62,972 nt of DNA, filler included, from Octopus bimaculoides (GCF_001194135.2; 5 parts of 5 records of this genome joined end to end with filler, not necessarily neighbours in it); one strand, 5' to 3'; shown: positions 41,920 through 55,040, counted from the first letter of the whole stretch. Made by a program: numbers and translations. Notes: generated by a model from the letters alone, not told the origin.

Positions 41920-42470
41920 GTAGGGTCTTCCATGTTGCTGTCCCATTGTGTGAGATTTTAAAATTACGTCAAAATTTTCAAATTTGGTATATTGAAATAA
42001 TTTTCCACATTAAATCCGATTTTGTTACTTATTTGTTCCAGTAAAATTGCAGAAAAATGTTACTGTGGTTTAAAGTTTAATTAATTTTACCTCATTTGAA
42101 AACAGGATTTGGAAGCTGGCATTTTCTACATGATAGCTGCATGATAGCTGGCATTTTCTGCATGATAGCTGTCTATCAAAAAAGGAAAACAAAAGTATTA
42201 GGAGGAGGAACTTTTATTAAACAAACGAAAACAAAGCATTACGGCGACCAAAGTTGTAACAACTTCCGAAGTTTAATGAATAAAGTCAAGTGAAACGGTC
42301 GAACAGACATGTAAATAATTAAAAGGGAAAAAAATCCTCAAAGAAGATTTTGGCCAAAAATTGTACAAATTCTATCCTGATCAAAAGGCCTATCTGTCGG
42401 GGAAGGCATGGTTTGACATAGAATAAACAAAGATTTATATATGACATTCTATTGTAAAAATTGCCCGGCA
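41920..42470 (+). mobile_element. Probable Tc1/mariner-type DNA transposon remnant; related copy at 43917-44270
   Basis: Both begin (c/t)aggg..ct and share attttaaaatt...aaatttgg..tattga..taattttccac.tt.aat...ggtttaaagttt. Confidence 0.35.
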
Positions 42471-42499
42471 ACGACTGGCTATTCAGCTAATATATAGAT

Positions 42500-42630
42500 A
42501 TACCAAATCCCTTTACAAGGCTTTGGTTGGCCTGAAGCTATAGCAGAAGACAGTTGCCCAAGGTGGCACTCAGTGGGACAGAACCCGGAACCATGTGGTT
42601 AGGAAACAAGCTTCTGACCACATAGCCACG

Positions 42631-42632
<2 letters not shown>
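42500..42632 (-). mobile_element. SINE family B 5' half
   Basis: Reverse complement gtcgtggctatgtggtcagaagc...ggttccgggttctgtcccactgagtgccaccttgggcaac. Confidence 0.8.
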
Positions 42633-42687
<55 letters not shown>

Positions 42688-43246
42688 NNNNNNNNNNNNN
42701 NNNNNNNNNNNNNNNNNNNNNNNNNNNNNNNNNNNNNNNNNNNNNNNNNNNNNNNNNNNNNNNNNNNNNNNNNNNNNNNNNNNNNNNNNNNNNNNNNNNN
42801 NNNNNNNNNNNNNNNNNNNNNNNNNNNNNNNNNNNNNNNNNNNNNNNNNNNNNNNNNNNNNNNNNNNNNNNNNNNNNNNNNNNNNNNNNNNNNNNNNNNN
42901 NNNNNNNNNNNNNNNNNNNNNNNNNNNNNNNNNNNNNNNNNNNNNNNNNNNNNNNNNNNNNNNNNNNNNNNNNNNNNNNNNNNNNNNNNNNNNNNNNNNN
43001 NNNNNNNNNNNNNNNNNNNNNNNNNNNNNNNNNNNNNNNNNNNNNNNNNNNNNNNNNNNNNNNNNNNNNNNNNNNNNNNNNNNNNNNNNNNNNNNNNNNN
43101 NNNNNNNNNNNNNNNNNNNNNNNNNNNNNNNNNNNNNNNNNNNNNNNNNNNNNNNNNNNNNNNNNNNNNNNNNNNNNNNNNNNNNNNNNNNNNNNNNNNN
43201 NNNNNNNNNNNNNNNNNNNNNNNNNNNNNNNNNNNNNNNNNNNNNN

Positions 43247-43299
<53 letters not shown>

Positions 43300-44327
43300 T
43301 TAAGGCACCGAACTGTTTCACGAATTCTTTTCTAGATGTCAATCAAGTGTTTCGGCTTGTTTTTCCGTTATGTCTCACACCAGAGTACCTCATCGCTCAC
43401 TTCTCTTGCTGCATGAATGCCAAGCATATGCTGATATTGATACCTTCCCACTTCTTCCCTGTCAGCACCCATGGCCATTTGGGTAACTTTCGATGTTATA
43501 TTGCCGAACAAGGAAGAACTTTTACTGAGGTGAAGAATTTCTGAAGTGATACTGCTATGACTACGGTTGAATCATCAGCTGATGCTTCGAAATCCATTAT
43601 GCTTTGGTTCTGTTTACAAAGGAAGTATCGCGATAGATCGGTTTTCAGCCAATAGCAGAAACATGTTGTTTGTCTAGTATATGGAATGTTATTGTTGTTG
43701 TTGTTGTTGCTGCTGCTGCTGTTTGTTGTTGCTGTTAGTTGCTGTTGTTGTTGTATTTGTTAGACCGATGGATTAAGTATGTAATAGTAATTAGTTACAT
43801 TTTTTTATGCTCTGAGTTCAAATCCCACCTTGGTCGATTTTGTACTACATTGAGACTGGTGCTATGGAATTGTACGTCCTGTATACATACATACATACAT
43901 ACATACATACATACATGCAGGGGATCTTTTCTGTATGGTTGCACCTGTGGAAATTTTAAAATTTAGTAGAAATTTTAAAATTTAGTGAAAATTTTAAAAT
44001 TTGGTGTATTGATGTAATTTTCCACGTTGAATCTCGGGAGATAGTTCACTTTTCCCAGAAAAAAAACATTTTTAAACAAGATACAGAGGTTTAAAGTTTG
44101 ATAATCATTATGGCGAAAATATATTTCATGTCAATGATTACTATACAAAACTACATCAACACATAATATCAAATCAATTGGAAGAAAAATTTAAGAAATT
44201 GAAAAGTGGCAGCCAAGCAGAAAAGATCCCATACAAGTACAACATCGATTTTCCGGAACTTCTAGTCCAAAANNNNNNNNNNATCAGGAGTGGTCATCTT
44301 GGTCAACATACTCTAAATTAAACAAAT

Positions 44328-44707
44328 ATTGTTGTTGTTGGCATCCTTTTGTCTCGGTAGACAATGGAGTTGCGCATAAACTAATCCAGTCTGGTTTTTA
44401 CATTTCATGTCCTCTCCAGTTTTGCGTAGGCCTGGGCTAGATGTAAGAAAATCCTGGGTAGCCCAATCGTCCTCTCTCGATTTTGCTGACATAGTCCAAA
44501 GGAGTGCAGAGCATTACGTTTGGCACCAGCTTGGTTGCAGGAGCTGTCGGAAGAGTGTCGAGTCGAACACTAAACCGCCTACGGGACTCCACTCCGGATT
44601 TCTTTGAAGGTTGTCTCCTTTCCGTAACCCTAGATAGGGACCCATACCGGGTACTGTCAGCTGAGCCCGGGACTCGTGTCAGGCAGGGTCGTCACTCCCT
44701 CAAGTAG
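44328..44707 (-). mobile_element. Non-coding RTE-like short element with (CAA)n tail
   Basis: Sense contains aaatccggagtggagtccc...gctcctgcaaccaagctggtgccaaacg (RTE 5'-region-like, from memory) and ends gacaaaaggatgccaacaacaacaa. Confidence 0.5.
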
Positions 44708-44774
44708 TGAAGAAAATCGCTACCCACTACCTAAACAAATATAAAATTTACATTAATAATTAACTTAAACAACC

Positions 44775-44990
44775 CGACGAGCTGGCAGAATCGTTAGCAC
44801 GCTGGGCCAACTGCTCAGCGACATTTCGTTCGTCCTTATGTTCTGAGTTCAAATTCCACAGAGGTCGACTTTGCCTTTTATCCTTTTGGAGTCGACAGAA
44901 TAAATACCAGTTGAATACTTGGGCCGATGTAATCGACTTACAACCTTCTCCGAACTTGCTGGCCTCGTGTCAAAATTTAAAACCAATAAT
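44775..44990 (+). mobile_element. SINE family A copy
   Basis: gacgagctggcagaatcgttagcac...gagttcaaattcc...gtcgactttgcctttt...ctcgtgtcaaaattt. Confidence 0.85.
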
Positions 44991-45415
44991 TAAATGAAAT
45001 ACAGATACCTGTTCATACAGGTATACATACATACATATATATGTGCATGCATACATGCATTCATCTATCCAAGCTTGATTTTTTGCCCTAATATTTACAC
45101 GTTATTATTTGTAGCTTTATCTGATTCGAGTTTCACGTTCCGAGCATCTCTTTCTCCAGTGCTTTTTTTTTTTACAACTTACTCCAGCCATCACACCCTT
45201 TAATTATACCCACTGAAAAATCTCTAGTGTTTTGATCACCGAGTAAATCTATCATCTGACAAGATATGAAATATTCTGCCCCAAATCATGTCCGAACATC
45301 ACACAGCCCTTTCGTCTCCCCTGCCTCTCCTTACCCTTGTCATCTAGCCTTCTCTGGCCCCTGTATTGCTAATTGTTCAGAATTTGTGGCAGTCCTAAAT
45401 TTTAATTTCCTAGGT

Positions 45416-45495
45416 CAGGGGGGATCCTAACCACCAAGCCGCAGACCAGTACCGAGTCGAGGATCATTTGGTACCGGGCCACAAAGAAAGAATAA
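45416..45495 (+). mobile_element. hAT/Charlie-like terminal fragment
   Basis: caggggg.tcc.aaccacc..gccgc.gaccagtaccg...ggtaccgggccac resembles Charlie-type MITE ends (from memory). Confidence 0.4.
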
Positions 45496-45657
45496 ATTTT
45501 GGAATTTTATTTCTATTTGTATTGATTATCGATTATTTACTGAAAATTCGTCCCAGCAGCAGTCAGATAGAACACTAGATGCATTTCGGCCTTTTGGGAT
45601 CTTCTGGTCAGTAAGTGGTCGAAATGCATCTTGCGCTCTTACTAGCAGCTGCTGGGG

Positions 45658-45699
<42 letters not shown>

Positions 45700-46920
45700 C
45701 CTACCTCTCTCTTTCTCTCTGATATTTATTGTTTTTAACGCAGCAAGTACATATGAGATGTTATCTAAGGACAAACACTGCAATAAGTATGTATACATCA
45801 AGTATGATACATGAGTAGCTAATTTAATTTAACACCGCCTCAATTGCGTTTACCGGATAATAGTAAACATGATGCAGTTTTTAAATACTTTATGAAAATA
45901 TTCTCGTCCAACTCAATTGTTATAAATTTCTAAACAAAACTTGTTAGAAATTTATATCATAATACTGTNNNNNNNNNNNNNNNNNNNNNNNNNNNNNNNN
46001 NNNNNNNNNNNNNNNNNNNNNNNNNNNNNNNNNNNNNNNNNNNNNNNNNNNNNNNNNNNNNNNNNNNNNNNNNNNNNNNNNNNNNNNNNNNNNNNNNNNN
46101 NNNNNNNNNNNNNNNNNNNNNNNNNNNNNNNNNNNNNNNNNNNNNNNNNNNNNNNNNNNNNNNNNNNNNNNNNNNNNNNNNNNNNNNNNNNNNNNNNNNN
46201 NNNNNNNNNNNNNNNNNNNNNNNNNNNNNNNNNNNNNNNNNNNNNNNNNNNNNNNNNNNNNNNNNNNNNNNNNNNNNNNNNNNNNNNNNNNNNNNNNNNN
46301 NNNNNNNNNNNNNNNNNNNNNNNNNNNNNNNNNNNNNNNNNNNNNNNNNNNNNNNNNNNNNNNNNNNNNNNNNNNNNNNNNNNNNNNNNNNNNNNNNNNN
46401 NNNNNNNNNNNNNNNNNNNNNNNNNNNNNNNNNNNNNNNNNNNNNNNNNNNNNNNNNNNNNNNNNNNNNNNNNNNNNNNNNNNNNNNNNNNNNNNNNNNN
46501 NNNNNNNNNNNNNNNNNNNNNNNNNNNNNNNNNNNNNNNNNNNNNNNNNNNNNNNNNNNNNNNNNNNNNNNNNNNNNNNNNNNNNNNNNNNNNNNNNNNN
46601 NNNNNNNNNNNNNNNNNNNNNNNNNNNNNNNNNNNNNNNNNNNNNNNNNNNNNNNNNNNNNNNNNNNNNNNNNNNNNNNNNNNNNNNNNNNNNNNNNNNN
46701 NNNNNNNNNNNNNNNNNNNNNNNNNNNNNNNNNNNNNNNNNNNNNNNNNNNNNNNNNNNNNNNNNNNNNNNNNNNNNNNNNNNNNNNNNNNNNNNACTTC
46801 AGTACAGTAAAGAGAATTAAAGTGACGGAGCCGGGGATAACATTCAAGTTATGATAGAGGAAAAAAAAAAAGATACATTTAAAAAAAAATGTCACGTTTT
46901 ATAATAAAACTCTTGAATAT

Positions 46921-47560
46921 ATAGGCGCAGGCGTGGTTGTGTGGTTAAGAAGCATGCTTTCCAGTCACATGGTCCTGGGTTCAGTCTCAATGCGTGGCAC
47001 CTTGGACAAGTGTCTTCTATAGTATCGGGCCGACCAAAGCCTTGTGAGTGGATTTGGTAGACGGAAACTGAAAGATCGTCGTGTGTGTGTGTGTGTGTGT
47101 GCGCGCGCGCCGATGTGTCAGTGTTTGTACCCACTACCGCTTGACAACGAGTGTTGGTGTGTTTACGTCCCCGTAACTGAACAGTTACGGAGACATTAAA
47201 AGAGACCGATAGAATAAGTACCAGGCTTTAAAAAATAAGTCATGAAGCCGATTTGTTCGGCTAAAACCCTTCAAGGCGGTGCCCCAGCATGGCCGTCGTT
47301 AAATGACTGAAACAAACAAAAGCTATCGGCACAGTCGTGGTTGTGTGGTTAAGGCCGACCAAAGCCTTGCCAGTGAATATGATAGACGGAAACTGAGAGA
47401 AGGCTGTCATATGTATGTGCGTGCGCGCACGCGTTTGTCTGTGTTTGTGTGTCCCACTGCTTAACAACCGGTGCTGGTTGCTGGTGTGTTTATATCCCTG
47501 TAATTTAGCGGTTTGGCAAAGGCAGCCGATAGAATAAGCACCAGGCTTTAAAAAAAAATT
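46921..47560 (+). mobile_element. SINE family B full copy (46921-47320) followed by an internally deleted copy (47328-47560)
   Basis: Same motifs as 35033-35445. Confidence 0.85.
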
Positions 47561-47767
47561 TATTGATTCACTCGATGAAACAGGTGATCAACGACTTATT
47601 GATTAATTTGTTTATTAATCAACAGTTCGTAGCTCACTTGTTTACTTGATTGCCTGGTATGTTGGGAGTAATGTAACGTGTTATGCAATCTAATTGTATT
47701 CTTCTTAAAAACTCCTAATGAACCAATTGTAGCAAAACCAGATAACTCATTCATCTGTTTTTATTGC

Positions 47768-47769
<2 letters not shown>

Positions 47770-47798
<29 letters not shown>

Positions 47799-48008
47799 TG
47801 TATGTATATGATTGTGTATGTATGTATGTGTGTGTATGTATCTATGTATCTATGTATGTACGTATGAATGTATGTATGTATGCATGCATGTATGTATGTA
47901 TGTATGTGTGTGTGTATGTATGTATGTATATACGTATGTATATATGTATGTATGTAGGTAGGTAGGCAGGTAGGTAGGTAGGTAGGTAGGTAGGTAGGTA
48001 GGTAGGTA
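47770..48008. repeat. (TATG)n grading into (GTAG)n tetranucleotide repeat
   Basis: Direct reading. Confidence 0.95.
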
Positions 48009-48172
48009 AGAGAAAGACAGATGTGTTCCGTTTTGGTCTATGTTTGGCCAAGTAACACACGTGACAAAACGCTGAAACGAAAACGCCGCACATCTAGAGA
48101 TCATATATATCGCTGTCACTATATCTACCCTTATATTGGATGTAGTTATACGCCACTGTTCATATATATACA

Positions 48173-48204
<32 letters not shown>

Positions 48205-48299
48205 TGGATTTTCTTGTCGTGAACGACAAATGATAGTAAAATACAGCAGTAATTATGTTCTATGGACACGAATGTGTTTCTAGAGGCCTGCTGGTGCCT

Positions 48300-49135
48300 T
48301 GCAAAAGTTGGCAAATGGAACAAGGTGGGGACTCAGTTTGCTCGAGTGCTTGTGGATCATTTACTACGCGTTTCTTTGAGTTGACAGCAAGGCCTGCTTT
48401 GCTTCATACCACAAAACCTCAATGGCAGTTAAGGTTTCCATTCCGAGGAGCAGCGTTTTGCCAGCGTGCCTTCATGCTTGCACGAAGTTGGTCCCGAAGT
48501 TGGAGTCGACTTTGCTCAAATTTTTGAACTGAGGAGAAGTATGACTGGAGCCAGGTCCTGCGTTCTGATGCTTTGCTTTCCTAGTAAGAAAATGGAATGT
48601 TACATTGTTTCAGATTGTCTTTAATTTGTCTTTGATGCGCAAGGGTGGCCTTCCAATTGACTTTCCTGTTGGGAATTGGCCAAAGAGTAGTTGCTTCGGA
48701 ATTCTGATAATATTCATACATGAGAGATGACCTGACCATCTAAGCAGTATTTTGATGAGGATAGCGTCAATATCTGATATGTTGCGTTTTGATAGTACTT
48801 CATTGTCGTGAATATGGCCACTCAGTTTTATGTTGGAGATAGTGCGCAAATATCACATGTGAAAAGCGTCAAGCTGGTTGATGTGCTTTCGGTACAGAGT
48901 CCAAGATTCAGCACCATAAAGCAATGATGTCAAAATCACCGATTTATATACATCGACTTTTACCTTCAACGATACGTTCTGGCTGTTCCGAAGACTCTGA
49001 TAGAGCTTAACGAAAGTGGAGTTAGCCTTCCCGATTCTGGAGTCAGTTTCTTTACCCATCTTAGCATCACTAGACATAATGGAACCAAGGTAAGTGAAGA
49101 AGGAACCAGTTTTTAATGCTTTCCCATCAGCATGT
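48300..49135 (-). mobile_element. RTE-clade LINE, RT thumb and C-terminal region
   Basis: SSDAKMGKETDSRIGKANSTF...KVDVYKSVILTSLLYGAESWTLYRKHINQLDAFH, LLRWSGHLSCM..RIPKQLLFGQ...GRP, then KFEQSR..SKAGL. Confidence 0.9.
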
Positions 49136-49988
49136 ATGTATGTATGTATGTATGTATGTATGTATGTATGTATGTATGTATGTATGTATGTATTGGCTTG
49201 CCCACCTAGCTAACGGGTCGGTATCATTCGAAAGACTCAACAGTACAAGGAAGCACATCGTGGCCAGTAGCGTATAACCACATCTGATATACAGTGACAG
49301 CGATATATATAATTTCTGGGTGGGCGGCGTCTTTGTTTCATTGTTTTGTCACGTGTGTTACTTTGGTCCATTTCAGATTTGTTGTACGTTGTCCATTTTG
49401 TTTATTAGAATGGAGTGCATCTGAGGGGGTTTTTTTCTCTTTCTATTTCTCTCAGTTAACTCTTAGCAAACAATGAGCACTTGGTGTGGCCTTGTTACAA
49501 TAGTACTGGCTATAAAAAAAAGAAACAAAGGATACGTTAGGCGGAATGACAAAAAAAACAAAGAAAAAAAAAACAAAGAAAAAAAAAAACAAAGAAAAAA
49601 AAAAACAAAGAAAAAAACTGCCACATTTGCCAGCCAATTAATTCTTTTAGTTCAAAAGCATGCACGTTTGGTTCCTTTTCTTTATTGCTAACTATAATCT
49701 ACTTGCACGCGTCGGCCTTGTAAACAAGAAAATATATACAAATGCCTATTCAATTGACTTCGTAATGCAAGAAAATACGTGCATACATCTCAAAGTACGT
49801 TATGCACTTCTAACTTCTTATAAATATTTTTTGTATCTAAACTAATTTTTCACTGTTCTATATTCAATGCTATATTTTTTATTATCCTGTACTCACAAAC
49901 TACAGAGTACCAATTATTTATTGCAAAATTGTACCAAAAAAGCCTGAAGAATTCTATGTTCTGTTACTAAGTAGGAAGTAATGGGAAT

Positions 49989-50032
<44 letters not shown>

Positions 50033-50224
50033 GCATGTGTAATTCATTGCTTTTATCACTGCGAACATTCCATCTTAAATTCCTACATATTCACGCGCGT
50101 ACGCGCGCATATATGCACCTACACNNNNNNNNNNNNNNNNNNNNNNNNNNNNNNNNNNNNNNNNNNNNTTAATTAATTAANNNNNNNNNNNNNNNNNNNN
50201 NNNNNNNNNNNNNNNNNNNNNNNN

Positions 50225-50265
<41 letters not shown>

Positions 50266-50269
50266 ACAC

Positions 50270-50425
50270 AAATAATGAGCGGTGTTCCACAGGGCACTGT
50301 CTTGGGACCATTGCTTTTTATAGTCGCCCTCTCAGATATGCCTTCAAGTGCCCGGATAGCCACTCTTGCAAGCTACGCAGACGATACAAAAGTCTCGCAG
50401 AAAATACAGAACTCCAGTGATGTTG
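50270..50425 (+). mobile_element. CR1/L2-group LINE RT core fragment
   Basis: SGVPQGTVLGPLLFIVALSDMPSSARIATLASYADDTKV (RT motifs QG..LGP and YADD). Confidence 0.9.
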
Positions 50426-51281
50426 CACACCTTAAGAAAACATCTAAACAGATGCCAGAACACCGACAAAAACATAACAGTCACAATTGAAGCCAATGAT
50501 AGAAATTGAAGTAATTTAAGAATTAAGGAGGCTATCTTCTTAAACAGACTAGGGCCCCAAATTAACAGCAGGTTAGAAATTAACAATCACTATACTATTT
50601 AACAACATCGACACCCTGCACGAACGATGGTAACATGCTCATGTAACACAAGATTATATTTAAAAAATGCACGTATAATACATAACTTGGGAGCAGCGCT
50701 ACGGATATGCCAACACACGCGAGCTCAAGATATGACCACCCTCATGCACTTCTCACGAGGAATTCCGGAAAGAACTTCGTGAGACCACTACGGGAACGCC
50801 TCCGACAGACTTCAGTAACCGTTAGAAAACCGACTATAACAGTGATTCCATTACTTCCTAGCAATATCTGAAGAAGGAATTTTTATATTCCGAAATATTA
50901 TATTAGACTATGAATAATTAAACTATTTGTAGCAGTTATTATAGTCCACTCTGCATTGTTGTGCCATTCCAGACACGTTACATTTCATATATTAGTATTT
51001 AGCAGAAGTAACAGAGTGACTGAAGGCCAGAAAGTTTCATGCGTTGGCATTTATTAATTTAGTTAGAGTTTTGGACTCACGATTGTAAGATTATGGTTTC
51101 AGATCTTGACCTGGACGATGCATTGAATTCGTGACCAGAACACTTCCTTTCACATTGCTCCAGTCCACTCAGTTGATAAGTGGCAATGCACGAAACTCTC
51201 GAACTTTAAGTCACTCTGTTGTTTCTGCTAAATATTAATAAAAATATACTCATATTTTGAGTTATTTTTCCTGTTTGCATT

Positions 51282-51324
<43 letters not shown>

Positions 51325-51328
<4 letters not shown>

Positions 51329-51800
51329 CTTTGATACTTTGATAGGTTTCGGCCAGTATTGGTCCAGGCCAAGTCTAACTTAATAGTACCGCCTGATGAA
51401 GTCATTTAGATCAAGAATCAGACATGGCCCATTCGAGTGGAGGGTTAATGCTTACGGAGACATATCCGGGCGTAGGAGGATCTCTTGAAGGAATTTGTCC
51501 AATGACTTCTTGAACTTAACAGGGTCTGTTTTTGCTTTGATGTGTTTTGGCGTATTGTTAAAGAGAGCAGGGCCAGTAGAGGCGAAGTAATGGTGCCGTA
51601 TTGTTGCTTTGAGATGCCAGTGTGATGTATGTTGTGGGCGGATAGCACGGGGCCTAAGTATTGGGTGTATCTTAAAGATGATGCCAACATCATCTGGACA
51701 ATGTAATGGAATATTTTCTACATCATGCAGATGATGTAACGCTTACGGCGGCGTTGGAGAGAATAAAACTTGAGCTTTTCTAGTCGACCCCAATAGTCAA
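51325..51800 (-). mobile_element. CR1/L2-group LINE 3' end with terminal stem-loop and short-repeat tail
   Basis: Minus frame ATIRHHYFASTGPALFNNTPKHIKAKTDPVKFKKSLDKFLQEI; 3' UTR ends GGCC-tggaccaatact-GGCC then (atcaaagt)x2. Confidence 0.7.
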
Positions 51801-52459
51801 GGCCTGTCATGCCATCTGTATTTTTTTGTAATTGACGTTTGAGATGCTTCAACTTTCATAATACTTTGTTTCGTGTGGGGAGACCACTATGGACAACAGT
51901 ATTCAAGGTGGGGCCGGGTAAAAGTGAAGAAAAGAAGGATCATTTTGTGGATATCTCTCGACTGAAAAGTTCTGAGAAACCAGGAACACATTTTACGGAC
52001 CATGTTAACATTGCTGTGTATATGTGTATATGAGCGGCACAGCTTATGTTATTGTCAACAACACTTCTCTTTTCCCTTCCTTTGTCTCTCTCAACATCTA
52101 CCTCTCCTCCTGTCACCTCACCCTCTCCCTCATATACTTCTCATTTCCCCCTCTTCTCCGTTTCTTGCTTTCCCTCATATCCTTCATCCTTTCCTGTCTC
52201 TCCCTCACTCTGTCTCCCTTTCTCTTCCCTTCCTCTCCCTCACTCTGTCTCTCTTTTTCTCCCCCTCCTCTACCTCCCTCTGTCTCGCCAATACCAACAT
52301 CCCCATCTCTTTCCTTCATATAACCCTCTCTTTTTCCTCATATCACCCTCTCTCTTTCCTTCATATCTCCCTCGCTTTTTCCCTATTCCCCCTCTGTGTT
52401 TTTTTTCTTTTCTACCTCTCTCTATCTCTCACTTCCTGTCTATCTTCTACTCATCCTCT

Positions 52460-54750
52460 GGGCTTAAAAAACGATGATGGCACCAAAATGGGAGAAAAAA
52501 GAATCGAATCTTCTATTGCGAGCATGATGATTGCTAGTGGCGATCCGCCAAACAACATCACTGTTGCACTGAAAAACAATGGCTTTTGTAGAACCATTGA
52601 TCAGATAGAGCGAAAGAAAAATGAATTCATGCGATCCTATATGCTTATCAGACCACACATTGACACCTTGGATGTCATAATGGAAAACTATTGTGGCATT
52701 GCTGATAAGGATAGAGAAAAGGAAACAAAACCCAGAAGTCTCTTTGATCTAGTGGTTCCTCAAAAGAATGGATCCTCCACCCCTGTGAACGACCAGGCAG
52801 AAAAGAATAGAAGAGCCAAAGAAGCAGCAACTAGTAGCCCCTCTGTGCCAGTGACCCTTCAAAGGAACCGAGCCCTCACCCCCACTGGACAACCAGAGGA
52901 ATGAAATTCCCACCACAAGAAAAGGAAGGACAGAACACGAACACAAACATAAACAAGGAAAGGCAGAAAAAGGAAAAGGCAAAAATGAAATAACCAAAAC
53001 CGAAACCCCAACCCACCAAGCGAAAAACAGAAAAGCCCATGGAGGATCCAATGCAATCCGAAACCCTATAAGAGAGAAGAAATTTGGAGGGCACTCAAGG
53101 ATCTGCAAATTTTACCTGCAAGGCAAATGTTGGCATGGGGAAGGCGGCAAAAACTGCCGGTTTGCTGACCCGAGACCCCGCCAAAATTACAGAGGCCTTA
53201 AGGAGAAAAACATCCCCGAGGAAAGACAACAATTGNNNNNNNNNNNNNNNNNNNNNNNNNNNNNNNNNNNNNNNNNNNNNNNNNNNNNNNNNNNNNNNNN
53301 NNNNNNNNNNNNNNNNNNNNNNNNNNNNNNNNNNNNNNNNNNNNNNNNNNNNNNNNNNNNNNNNNNNNNNNNNNNNNNNNNNNNNNNNNNNNNNNNNNAA
53401 CAGTCTATTTTGTGCATGGCGCAAAAGATTATGCAGCAGCAGACCTGGCTACACCAAACAAGGAATCTTGTCCACCACTGCGCAAGACAACCGCAGTCAA
53501 CAGACATGGGATGGCCTCCCCTAACGCCTGCACAGTTGTCACGTCAATATTTTTACTGAATATTGGGAGCCTATTGCTTCATAGTAAAAGCAAAGTTTCC
53601 TTCCTAAGAGACCTTGCTGCATGCAATCAAGCCCTATGCATAGCGCTCGTGGAAACTCACCTCAGCCCTGATATAGAGGATGCAGAAGTACACGTACCAA
53701 AATATGTCATACTGCGAACAGACAGAATGGAAAGGAGCCCTTGTGGAGTTGCTGTATACATTCGCGATGACCTCACTACCCAGGTCTTACTGTCATACTC
53801 AAATTCAGAATGTGACACTCTAATTGTATACATAAGACAACACAATATAGTCATATGCAAAACATATTGCCCACCGGATGCTCCAAACCACATAGGCAAG
53901 TTTGAAGATTGCTTCACAAGAATTTAAAAAATCCTCATGAAACTGGAACACCACGTGAGCGTATTTCTTATGGGTGAATTCAACTTCCCCAACGTCAAAT
54001 GGCCCGAAGGCCTCATGCTCTCAGGAATGACTCATTGCAAACAAGCACAGGTGGGTGGTCCCTGTTCAACTTCACCAATGCCCTATTCATGGAGCAAGCT
54101 GTACTCAGACCAACTAGGGCGAATAACATTTTGGATCTCTGCTTTACGAACAATATGGACACCGTTCATGATGTGAATGTGACGCCGCCAACATTAATCT
54201 CGGATCACAACATAATAGAGTTGTCTATGTTTGGGCCGAAAGTAGCCAGAGACACAGCCTAAAGGAAGCACCCGAAATCTCTCCAATCTGAACTTCCACA
54301 AAGCAGACTGGAAATCGATCCAAAAAGAGATCCTCATACAGGCCGAAATGTCTCTCCATACCAGACATTGGCATGAAACTTAAATATTTCATGTCTGTTG
54401 TGCAAGCCATATGCCAGAAATATGTTCCAGAGCACAAGGCCAAAGCAAATAGGAACGAGATTCCAAGGGAGAGGAAGATTCTCATGAGACGACGGACGAA
54501 GGTTTCAAATCGCCTCAACCAGCATCCCAAAAGTAGCGAAAGGTCCCGCCTAAAAGCAACACTGATGGAGATTGAAAAACACCTGCAGCAATCTTGTGTG
54601 AGGGAGAGAGCACACAAAGAAGCCTGGGTTATAAAAAACATTAAGTCAAATCCAAAGGCCTTCTTTCATTACGCGAAAGAAACAGCCTCAGTACACTGCA
54701 AGATAGGACCCCACTTTCAAAAGTATGGCTCCTCCACTGGTCATTCAGTA
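52460..54750 (+). mobile_element. 3'-truncated CR1/L2-group LINE: ORF1-like region plus AP-endonuclease part of ORF2
   Basis: LLNIGSL...IALVETHLSPDIEDAEVHVPKYVILRTDR...GVAVYIRDDL, then MGEFNFPNVKW, NILDLCFTN, SDHNIIE, IKSNPKAFFHY; stops and frameshifts; gap 53236-53398. Confidence 0.85.
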
Positions 54751-54849
54751 CCTCTGTGAACTATATATATATATATATATGTATAAATAGATACCATATA
54801 TATATAAATAAACAAATACCATATATAGTTCAAATTTACTGAAAACAAA

Positions 54850-55040
54850 AGACAAAGACAAGTGCAGGAACAACAAGCATGTGTATTAATTTAACGCTCG
54901 TGAAGAATGGAAAAGTCTTTTACGTTTCGAGCTTACGCTCTTCAACAAAAAGGATTAGGAGGTAGAAAAAAAAAGAGTGAGAATGAGAAAACAAACGGAG
55001 AGAGAAAAAAATGAGTAGGGATTAACGGTTTAATATTATG
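54850..55040 (-). mobile_element. Penelope-like terminal-repeat remnant with variant hammerhead motif (54917-54952)
   Basis: CTTT-TTGTTGA-A-GAGC GTAA GCTC-GAAA-CG-TA-AAAG followed by gagcgttaaattaatacac, related to the flanks at 15300-15340 and 27960-27980. Confidence 0.5.

Noticed and set aside
43950-44005. Three 19-bp tandem units gaaattttaaaatttagt
   Set aside because: No spacers; local slippage inside a DNA-transposon remnant, not CRISPR-like.
51340-51405. CTGATGA on + and GGCC..GGCC-GAAAC on - suggesting a hammerhead
   Set aside because: The two parts are on opposite strands; the hairpin is better explained as the LINE 3' stem-loop before the (atcaaagt)n tail.
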